This document shows positions 19,376 to 26,806 of a stretch of DNA of 64,000 nucleotides, piece by piece. The position numbers and the translations under genes are program-made. Under the pieces are notes generated by a model. That model did no database searches, had not been told where the DNA came from, and saw only the letters and a program-made list of their open reading frames with translations. Positions within the stretch are counted from its first letter, which is position 1. Every line of letters begins with the position of its first letter. Source of the stretch: Bacilli bacterium (GTDB lineage: Bacteria; Bacillota_I; Bacilli_A; RFN20; CAG-826); the NCBI GenBank assembly GCA_024408085.1, contig JAKSVH010000004.1, positions 27,676 to 91,675 on the forward strand, read 5' to 3'.

Positions 19376-19386
19376 GAGTATAGAAA

Positions 19387-20397
19387 ATGGAAAAAATCGA
19401 ACCAAGATTCGCTGGTCGTCATCTTATTACCTTAGAAGATTTTACTAAGGAAGAAATCGACTACATGCTCAAAGTATCCCATGAAATGAAGGATGCTTTC
19501 TATGCTAACGAACCAATGCCTTTCTTAGAAGGCAAAACAGGTTTCTTGATGTTCTTTGAACAGTCAACACGTACAAGAAACTCATTTGAATCAGGTATGG
19601 CACAATTAGGTGGCCACGCCACATTCCTTGATACATCAATGATGCAAATTGCTCATGGTGAATCAGCAAAAGATACTGCAGTTATTCTTTCTTCATTCGG
19701 TCACATGATTGCTTGTAGATATTGTAACTGGGGACTCGGAAACAAATACATCCGTGAAATGGCCAAATGGTCAACAGTTCCTATCATTAACTTACAATGT
19801 GATTTATATCACCCAATGCAAGCATTAGCAGACTTAATGACAATCGAAGATGAATTTGGAAAAACAAAGAACTTAAAGGTCTCTGTTATTTGGGCAATGG
19901 CCACAACACACAAGAAACCAATTTCAGTTCCAGTTTCACAAGTTTTACTCTTCCCAAGATACGGAATTGATGTCACATTAGCATACCCAGAAGGATATGA
20001 TTTACCAGACTGGGTTATTGAAAAAGCCCGCAAAAACGCCGCTGAAAATGGTGGATCTCTCACTATTACTCACGACATGGATGCAGCTTATAAAGATGCT
20101 GATGTTGTCTTCCCAAAGAACTGGGGTTCATGGGTCACCAACCAATCAACCACAGTTGTCGATGATGCACTCCTTGCCTTAAAAGCATGGAAATGTACAC
20201 CAGACAAAATGGCTCTTGCCAAACCAACCTGCCGTTACATGCATGCACTTCCAGCAGACCGTGTAAACGAAGTTGTTGATGAAGTTATTGATGGACCACA
20301 ATCAGTTGTCTATCAAGAAGCTGAGAACAGAATCCACACAGCTAAAGCTGTTATGGCATTATTTGTTCACGACAAGATCCCATCAGATAGACGTTAA
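19387..20397 (+). CDS. YgeW-like transcarbamylase (OTCase superfamily)
   Basis: Motifs FEQSTRTRNSF, QIAHGE, NLQCD..HPMQ, WA....KPISVP, PEGY.L, PKNW, YMHALPAD and EAENR. Confidence 0.8.
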   Translation: MEKIEPRFAGRHLITLEDFTKEEIDYMLKVSHEMKDAFYANEPMPFLEGKTGFLMFFEQSTRTRNSFESGMAQLGGHATFLDTSMMQIAHGESAKDTAVILSSFGHMIACRYCNWGLGNKYIREMAKWSTVPIINLQCDLYHPMQALADLMTIEDEFGKTKNLKVSVIWAMATTHKKPISVPVSQVLLFPRYGIDVTLAYPEGYDLPDWVIEKARKNAAENGGSLTITHDMDAAYKDADVVFPKNWGSWVTNQSTTVVDDALLALKAWKCTPDKMALAKPTCRYMHALPADRVNEVVDEVIDGPQSVVYQEAENRIHTAKAVMALFVHDKIPSDRR

Positions 20398-20415
20398 TTG
20401 CTCTAAATATAAATT

Positions 20416-20445
20416 AGCGGGGTTACTTCGTAGCTCCGCTTTTTT
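20416..20445 (+). terminator. Rho-independent terminator ending the catabolic operon
   Basis: agcggggttac-ttc-gtagctccgct followed by a T run. Confidence 0.85.
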
Positions 20446-20484
20446 ATTTGCGTTTATGCCTATATGTGTTAGAATAACAGCACT

Positions 20485-21747
20485 ATGAAATCAATCCGTT
20501 ATTTATACCGTATAGGAAATGGTCCATCCTCTTCGCATACAATTGGACCTTCAAGAATTTCAAAATATGCTGTAAAAAACTTCCCAAATGCAGATCATTT
20601 TGATGTTACATTATTTGGATCTTTTGCTTTAACTGGCAGAGGTCACATGACTGACAAAGCTATTGTCACTTCGTGTGCTCCAATCCCAACAAACATTTAT
20701 TTTGATTACAAAACTAAAACACAACATCCAAATACTGTAAAGTTTGATGTTTATAATAAAGACGGAACTCATGAGATTTTATGGGCAACTTCACCTGGTG
20801 GTGGTTCCATTCGTATCGGTGACGAAAAGAGTGCACCAGAACCAGAAATTTATAAAGAAAAGAACTTTGCTGAAATTCGTAAAGTTTGTGAAAAGAATAA
20901 CTGGACTTTAGTTGATTACGTAGTAAATCGTGAAGGCGAAGAAATCTTTGATTACCTTGGAGAAGTTTATGATGCAATGATGGCCGCTATCGATAGAGGT
21001 CTTAAGGCAACCGGAGAACTTCCAGGTAAACTTCATGTTCAACGTAGAGCCAGAGATTTCCTTAAATCACTTTATGTTGATGAATCCGAAGTCGGAAACT
21101 CATTTAGAATGATGTATGCTTATGCATTTGCTGTCAGTGAAGAAAATGCATCAGGTGGAGTCGTTGTTACTGCTCCAACATGTGGTTCTTGTGGTGTTTT
21201 ACCTTCGGTAATGAAATACTATGGTGAGAAGTATAAAAAACCAAGACAAACAATTCTTGAGGCTTTAGCGGTCGCTGGAATTATTGGTAACGTTATTAAG
21301 TATAATGCTTCTCTTGCAGGTGCTGAAGCAGGCTGCCAGGCTGAAATTGGTTCAGCTTGTTCAATGGCTGCTGCAGCTTATGCTTATCTCAAAAAAGAAG
21401 ACATTGATGGAATTGAGTGTGCTGCTGAAGTCGCTATGGAACACTCACTTGGTTTAACTTGTGACCCAGTCGGCGGTTACGTTATCATTCCATGTATTGA
21501 AAGAAACGCTATTGCTGCAATCCGTGCAGTTGCAGCTGGAAGACTTGCAGAATACGCTCACGCATCAAATGCTGTCTCGTTTGATACAGTTGTCGAAACA
21601 ATGTATAAGACCGGAAAAGATTTGAACAAAAGATATCGTGAAACAGCTAAAGGTGGACTTGCTGAATCGTTCATGAAAGCTATGAAAAATGCTCCTAAAA
21701 CACCAACACGTCCAAAACATAAAAAGCGTATTATTGACGCAAAATAA
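20485..21747 (+). CDS. sdaA: L-serine ammonia-lyase, Fe-S dependent, single-chain form
   Basis: Motifs GPSSSHTIGP, TGRGHMTD, EENASGG.VVTAPTCG, AGCQAEIG, GLTCDPV and PCIERN. Confidence 0.92.
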   Translation: MKSIRYLYRIGNGPSSSHTIGPSRISKYAVKNFPNADHFDVTLFGSFALTGRGHMTDKAIVTSCAPIPTNIYFDYKTKTQHPNTVKFDVYNKDGTHEILWATSPGGGSIRIGDEKSAPEPEIYKEKNFAEIRKVCEKNNWTLVDYVVNREGEEIFDYLGEVYDAMMAAIDRGLKATGELPGKLHVQRRARDFLKSLYVDESEVGNSFRMMYAYAFAVSEENASGGVVVTAPTCGSCGVLPSVMKYYGEKYKKPRQTILEALAVAGIIGNVIKYNASLAGAEAGCQAEIGSACSMAAAAYAYLKKEDIDGIECAAEVAMEHSLGLTCDPVGGYVIIPCIERNAIAAIRAVAAGRLAEYAHASNAVSFDTVVETMYKTGKDLNKRYRETAKGGLAESFMKAMKNAPKTPTRPKHKKRIIDAK

Positions 21748-21759
21748 TGGAGAATTGCT

Positions 21760-23091
21760 ATGGAAATTAAAGTTTTTAACTCATTATCAAATAGTGTTGA
21801 AGTATTAAAACCAATCAGAGAAAATGAAGTCTCCATTTATTGCTGTGGACCAACAGTTTATGGTGATGCACACGTTGGAAATATTCGTCCTGTTATTGTG
21901 TTTGATACACTCAGACGTTTTTTAGAATACGTTGGTTACAATGTTAAACTTGTCTCTAACTTCACTGATGTTGATGACAAGATTATTAAAAAAGCAGTGG
22001 AAGAAGAAGTTTCTGAATCTGTTATTACTGATCGTTACATTAAAGCCTACAAAGAAGTTCTTAGTAAGCTCAATGTTAAACAACATTATAAAAATCCAAG
22101 AGTCACCGAATATATGGGTTTCATCATTTCCTACATTGATGACCTTGTAAAAGCTGGTGCTGCATATGAAATTGATGGAGATGTATTCTTTAGAATAAGC
22201 TCAATCCAAGACTATGGTGAATTATCAAATATCAAAATTGATGATTTAGTTGTTGGCGCTCGTATTGAAGAAAACTCTAAGAAAGAATCACCATTAGATT
22301 TCTGCTTATGGAAGAAAACAGATGTTGGCATTCAATGGGATTCCCCTTGGGGAAAAGGCCGTCCAGGATGGCACACAGAATGCTGCGTTATGATTGACTC
22401 CATCTTTGATGGAAAGATAGATATTCATGGTGGTGGATTTGACTTAAAGTTCCCACACCACGAAAACGAAATTGCACAAGCAAAAGCACATGATCACAAT
22501 AAGATTGCTAATGTTTGGATGCACAATGGTTTCGTTAATTTTGGAAATGAGAAAATGTCAAAGTCTTTAGGCAATGTCGTTTTAGCTAAAGACGCAATTG
22601 CAAAATATGGCGGAAACGTTATGAGACTTCTTATTTTAGAAACTCATTATCGTGCTCCAGTTTCATTTACTGAAGAAACAGTTCAATCAACTGTTAATGA
22701 ATTAGAGAAAATTAAGAAAGTTTATAACCAATTAGCAGTGGGAATTCAAGTCAATCATGGAGACCTAAAATCAGGTACTCCAGAAGTGGCTGATTTCTTA
22801 GCTGCAATGGCTGATGATTTAAACACCTCAAATGCCCTTGCTGCACTCTTTGAAAAGGTTAAACTCGCAAACGTAGAATTGCGCAAAAATCCGCAAAATC
22901 TCCAGGAAATCTCCAATATTTTCGCATCAATTAATGCAATGCTTTCTATTTTAGGAATCGTTTTAGATGCTCCAATTTTAACTCCAGAATTAGAGAAGAT
23001 TTATGCTGAATATTTGAGACTAAAATCCGAGAAGAAATTTGAAGAATCTGATAAGCTCAGAAACGTGTTAATGGAGAACAAAATTATCTAG
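21760..23091 (+). CDS. cysS: Cysteine--tRNA ligase
   Basis: Motifs CGPTVY..HVGN, NFTDVDDKII, GRPGWHTEC, FPHHENE and KMSKS. Confidence 0.97.
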   Translation: MEIKVFNSLSNSVEVLKPIRENEVSIYCCGPTVYGDAHVGNIRPVIVFDTLRRFLEYVGYNVKLVSNFTDVDDKIIKKAVEEEVSESVITDRYIKAYKEVLSKLNVKQHYKNPRVTEYMGFIISYIDDLVKAGAAYEIDGDVFFRISSIQDYGELSNIKIDDLVVGARIEENSKKESPLDFCLWKKTDVGIQWDSPWGKGRPGWHTECCVMIDSIFDGKIDIHGGGFDLKFPHHENEIAQAKAHDHNKIANVWMHNGFVNFGNEKMSKSLGNVVLAKDAIAKYGGNVMRLLILETHYRAPVSFTEETVQSTVNELEKIKKVYNQLAVGIQVNHGDLKSGTPEVADFLAAMADDLNTSNALAALFEKVKLANVELRKNPQNLQEISNIFASINAMLSILGIVLDAPILTPELEKIYAEYLRLKSEKKFEESDKLRNVLMENKII

Positions 23092-23093
23092 TT

Positions 23094-23834
23094 ATGAAAA
23101 GTGGGAATAGAAATTCAAAAAGTAGTGTAGAATTAGTGTATGGAAGATTGCCTTCACTTAATACTTTATCGCAAAGTAAAGTAAAAGCAATTTATCTTCA
23201 AAAAGGTTTTAAAGACGAAAAAATCCTTGCAGAAATTCAAAAGACTAAACTTTCCCCTAAGTATTTAGATTTGAATGCTCTTAACGATTTAGCAAGAGGC
23301 GGAAACCATCAAGGTATTGTTGTCGAAGTTGCTCCTCATGAGTATTCATCTTTAGATGAAATAATCAATTGTTCCAAGAAGAGCGAACATCCTTTAGTTC
23401 TCATTTTAGATGAGATTGAAGATCCACATAACTTTGGAGCAATTTTGCGTTCAGCAGACGCATTCGGTGTTGATGGCGTTATTATCAAGTCACGCAATCA
23501 AGTACCACTTAATATGACGGTCGCCAAAGTTTCAACTGGCGCAATTGAGTATGTAAAAGTCGCAGTTGTCAATAATTTAGTTTCAGCAATCAATAAATTA
23601 AAAGAAAATGGTTTCTGGATCTACACTGCTGATGGAAGCGGTAAAGACAATTATGAAGCCCTTGATTACTCAGGACCAACTGCTTTAGTAGTTGGTAGTG
23701 AGGGTCATGGAGCATCTAGACTTGTAATGGAAAACTCTGATTTTATTATAAAAATTCCTATGAAAGGACACGTAAATTCACTTAACGTTTCAGTGTCTGT
23801 TGGAATTTTATTATCCAGAATTGTAAACAAGTAA
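23094..23834 (+). CDS. rlmB: 23S rRNA (Gm2251) 2'-O-methyltransferase RlmB
   Basis: Motifs NHQG, DPHNFGAILRS, GSEGHG and IPMKGHVNSLNVS; follows cysS. Confidence 0.93.
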   Translation: MKSGNRNSKSSVELVYGRLPSLNTLSQSKVKAIYLQKGFKDEKILAEIQKTKLSPKYLDLNALNDLARGGNHQGIVVEVAPHEYSSLDEIINCSKKSEHPLVLILDEIEDPHNFGAILRSADAFGVDGVIIKSRNQVPLNMTVAKVSTGAIEYVKVAVVNNLVSAINKLKENGFWIYTADGSGKDNYEALDYSGPTALVVGSEGHGASRLVMENSDFIIKIPMKGHVNSLNVSVSVGILLSRIVNK

Positions 23835-23868
23835 AGATAAAATCTTCCTCTGGAAGGAGGAAAGAAAT

Positions 23869-24471
23869 ATGCAGAAAAATATTAGTGCTCTTTTTATTGC
23901 TGCCAAAAGCAATGAAGGAGCCTTAGAAGTTTTGACAAATGAACTTTTAAGCTATGGCAAATCAGTTGCAAAAAGCATCATGCATAGGTACAACGTTTTC
24001 AACCTAGTTGTTGAAGATATTGAAGATTACATCTTGTTCGTTATTAAGCGTATTTATGATAATTTCGAACCAAACATTAAAAATTTTAATGATTATGTAA
24101 CTTTTGTAATGTACAGACGTTTAACAAGTAAAATACTTGAAATGTGTTCTGTAAGCACATCACAAGCGACATCTTTAGATGAAGAATTAGATGAATCCTA
24201 TTCATTTTATGACATTATTGAAGACAGAAATTGCCCATCAATTCCTGACACAATTTCATATAATGAATTTCAATTAAGAATGTCTTCGCCAAATGCAGAT
24301 GATGACCAAACAGAAACTAAGAAAAAGAAAGTTTTTGCATTGGAACAACTCGGTTATTCTGGAAGAGAAATCATGAAGATGATGAGATTATCTGAAGGTA
24401 CTTATCGTTATATTAAAACACTTATTAAGAACGATATTGAAATCGAGAAATTCAAAATGGATATTAAATAA
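23869..24471 (+). CDS. Divergent SigH/ComX-like sigma-70 family factor
   Basis: Occupies the sigH slot (cysS-rlmB-sigH...rpmG-secE-nusG). Region-2-like EDIED...NF...F..YV, SLDEEL, and region-4 HTH GYSGREIMKMMRLSEGT. Confidence 0.6.
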   Translation: MQKNISALFIAAKSNEGALEVLTNELLSYGKSVAKSIMHRYNVFNLVVEDIEDYILFVIKRIYDNFEPNIKNFNDYVTFVMYRRLTSKILEMCSVSTSQATSLDEELDESYSFYDIIEDRNCPSIPDTISYNEFQLRMSSPNADDDQTETKKKKVFALEQLGYSGREIMKMMRLSEGTYRYIKTLIKNDIEIEKFKMDIK

Positions 24472-24505
24472 CTTCTGTGCTAATATATTAGCAAGGAGTT
24501 TTATT

Positions 24506-25330
24506 ATGTCAGAATGTACTCATGATTGTGCCAATTGCTCTCAAGGTGATTGTGCATCAAGAAAAATTGAAAAATTAAAACCAAATGAAAGCACAACAAT
24601 TAAACATTGTTATGCAGTAATTTCGGGTAAGGGTGGTGTAGGTAAAAGTTTAGTCACTTCTTTGCTTGCATCAGCCATGAATAAGAAAGGCTACAATGTC
24701 GCAGTTGTAGACGCAGATATTACTGGTCCATCAATTCCTCAAGCATTCGGTCTAAAAGGAAAGATGGCAGAGTCTGATGAAACAACAATTTATCCAGCTT
24801 TATCAAAGCACGGAATTAAGATTATGTCAGCTAACTTACTTATGCCTGATGATGAGTCTCCAATTATCTGGAGAGGCCCAATGATTGCTGGCTTTGTCCA
24901 ACAATTATATACAGATGTCACCTATGGTGATGTTGACTATATGTTCATTGATATGCCTCCAGGAACTGGTGACGTTCCACTCACAATTTTTCAAATGTAT
25001 CCAATTGATGGAATCATCATTGTCACAACTCCACAAGACTTAGTTTCTATGGTTGTTAAGAAATCCATTAACATGGCAAAAATGATGTACATTAACACAT
25101 TAGGAATTGTCGAAAACATGGCATACATAAAATGCCCTAAGTGCGATGAAAAGATTAGAATTTTTGGTTCAGAAGAATCTAAGAATGAAATCGAAAAATC
25201 TGGCATAAAAGTATTGGCAGAATTGCCAATTGATCCATTATTGTCTCAATTAGTGGATAAGGGCGAGATCGAGGAATACGAGACCGACGCCCTTAATCCA
25301 CTTCTTGAAATTTTTGAGAGTGAAAAATAA
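24506..25330 (+). CDS. Mrp/NBP35 (ApbC) Fe-S carrier ATPase
   Basis: N-terminal CTHDCANC...C, then SGKGGVGKS, DADITGPS, IIWRGP, DMPPGTGD and ENM...CPKC. Start at ATG 24506 after AAGGAG. Confidence 0.92.
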   Translation: MSECTHDCANCSQGDCASRKIEKLKPNESTTIKHCYAVISGKGGVGKSLVTSLLASAMNKKGYNVAVVDADITGPSIPQAFGLKGKMAESDETTIYPALSKHGIKIMSANLLMPDDESPIIWRGPMIAGFVQQLYTDVTYGDVDYMFIDMPPGTGDVPLTIFQMYPIDGIIIVTTPQDLVSMVVKKSINMAKMMYINTLGIVENMAYIKCPKCDEKIRIFGSEESKNEIEKSGIKVLAELPIDPLLSQLVDKGEIEEYETDALNPLLEIFESEK

Positions 25331-25340
25331 GTCAATTTAT

Positions 25341-25369
25341 TTGACTTTGTATTTTTAGTAATGTATGAT
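25341..25369 (+). promoter_or_regulatory. sigma-A promoter for rpmG-secE-nusG
   Basis: TTGACT-17 nt-TATGAT. Confidence 0.65.
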
Positions 25370-25402
25370 TACAGCACAAGATGTTAAATAGGATAACGTT
25401 TT

Positions 25403-25549
25403 ATGAGAAAGAAAGTTATTTTAATTTGCCCTGAATGCCTTAGTAGAAATTACACAACTACTAAAAAAGAAGGCACGACTGAACGTCTTGAATTAATGAA
25501 GTTCTGTCCACATTGCAACAAGCAAACATTGCATAAGGAAAGTAAGTAG
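25403..25549 (+). CDS. rpmG: 50S ribosomal protein L33 (Zn-binding C+ form); absent from the ORF track
   Basis: Manual translation [48 protein letters not shown]; directly upstream of secE. Confidence 0.95.
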   Translation: MRKKVILICPECLSRNYTTTKKEGTTERLELMKFCPHCNKQTLHKESK

Positions 25550-25560
25550 GAGGAATAACT

Positions 25561-25761
25561 ATGGGTGTAAGAAAATATACCAAGGAAGTTATTAAAGAAG
25601 GCAAACGCGTTCGTTGGCCTAAGAGAGAAGCATTTTTAGCAGCTCTTATTACTACAATCGTAATTTGTGTATTCTGCGCATTAATCCTTTCTTTAGAAGA
25701 CTTAGCTGCCGGTAAGGTAATTGAAGCTTTAAAGAATGTTTTCGCAGGACTCAAAGCATAA
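25561..25761 (+). CDS. secE: Preprotein translocase subunit SecE
   Basis: EGKRVRWP followed by one TM helix; lies between rpmG and nusG. Confidence 0.9.
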   Translation: MGVRKYTKEVIKEGKRVRWPKREAFLAALITTIVICVFCALILSLEDLAAGKVIEALKNVFAGLKA

Positions 25762-25776
25762 TAAGGAGATAAAACA

Positions 25777-26337
25777 ATGGAAGAAAAAGAAGAATTAGGC
25801 GAAAAGCATTGGTACATTGTTACCACTTATTCTCAACACGAGAGAAAAGCTGCTGAAAACCTTAGAAAAAGATTTGATCAACTCGGAATGGGTGATTTTA
25901 TCACCAACATTTTAGTTGCTGAACAAGAAGTTCCAGTTTTAAAAGATGGATTGCCAACTGGCAAGACAAAAATGAAAAACTTATTCCCAGGAAACATTTT
26001 TGTTGAAATGTTCATGACAAATGAAAGCTGGTATCACGTCCGTAATACTCCAGGTGTCGTTGGTATCGTTGGTTCATCCGGTGGTGGACAAAAGCCAACT
26101 CCAGTTTCAAAAGAAGAAATTGAACCAGTCCTTAAACGTATGGGCATCATTGATTCAACAATGTACGACCATTACAACATTGGCGACTTGGTCAGAGTCA
26201 TTAGAGGACCACTTGAAGGCACTGAAGGCAAGATCTTATCCATCAATAAGGAGACAGGTGCTTGTAGAGTTGAAACAATCTTCTTCGGTCGTTCAACTCC
26301 AGTCGATGTAGATTTCTCAGAAATTGAACGTCTATAA
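25777..26337 (+). CDS. nusG: Transcription factor NusG
   Basis: Motifs WYIVTTYS..E, FPG.IFVEM, VRNTPGV and the KOW domain GPLEG...FGRSTPV. Confidence 0.96.
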   Translation: MEEKEELGEKHWYIVTTYSQHERKAAENLRKRFDQLGMGDFITNILVAEQEVPVLKDGLPTGKTKMKNLFPGNIFVEMFMTNESWYHVRNTPGVVGIVGSSGGGQKPTPVSKEEIEPVLKRMGIIDSTMYDHYNIGDLVRVIRGPLEGTEGKILSINKETGACRVETIFFGRSTPVDVDFSEIERL

Positions 26338-26357
26338 TTGATACAAAATTGATAATT

Positions 26358-26384
26358 AACACACTACATAGTAGTGTGTTTTTT
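26358..26384 (+). terminator. Rho-independent terminator
   Basis: aacacactac-ata-gtagtgtgtt followed by a T run. Confidence 0.85.
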
Positions 26385-26400
26385 ATTTACAAAAAATCTA

Positions 26401-26429
26401 TTGACTATATGAACAACTATTCATATAAT
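26401..26429 (+). promoter_or_regulatory. sigma-A promoter overlapped by an SmtB/CzrA-type operator
   Basis: TTGACT-17-TATAAT, with the inverted repeat TATATGAA-caacta-TTCATATA at 26406-26427. Confidence 0.85.
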
Positions 26430-26436
26430 AATAATG

Positions 26437-26805
26437 ATGAACTTTGAAAGAATTAATATTCAAACTATCAGAAAAATGGAGCAATTATTGAAGGTTGTTT
26501 CTGATCAAACACGCCTAAAAATAATGGTTTCACTTGTAAACGAGAGGGAATGCTCTTGTTGTTGCAGCGAACTTAACTGTTGCAGCAAATGTAGAGTCCT
26601 TTCTTGTATGATTGAGAAGTCTGTTTCCGAAATTGTCGAGGCTACAGGTTGTTCTCAATCACTTGTATCGCATCAATTAAAGATTTTAAGAGATGCTGAC
26701 ATCGTCAAAACAAGAAGAGATGGCTTAAAAATCTATTATTCTTTAAAAGACGGGCACGTAAAAGAGCTTCTAAACGTAGTAAAAGAACATGTGGAGGAAA
26801 GATAA
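26437..26805 (+). CDS. ArsR/SmtB family metalloregulator (alpha5 site) with a Cys-rich insertion
   Basis: Motifs DQTRLKI, SQSLVSHQLKILR and YYSL-DGH-x10-H-x2-E. Start is ATG 26434 or 26437. Confidence 0.9.
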   Translation: MNFERINIQTIRKMEQLLKVVSDQTRLKIMVSLVNERECSCCCSELNCCSKCRVLSCMIEKSVSEIVEATGCSQSLVSHQLKILRDADIVKTRRDGLKIYYSLKDGHVKELLNVVKEHVEER

Positions 26806-26806
26806 T

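Noticed and set aside
4906-20397. Selenocysteine recoding or genetic code 4
   Set aside because: The ORFs are full length without in-frame TGA; TGA acts as a stop at 2324, 2796 and 31930, and Trp is TGG.
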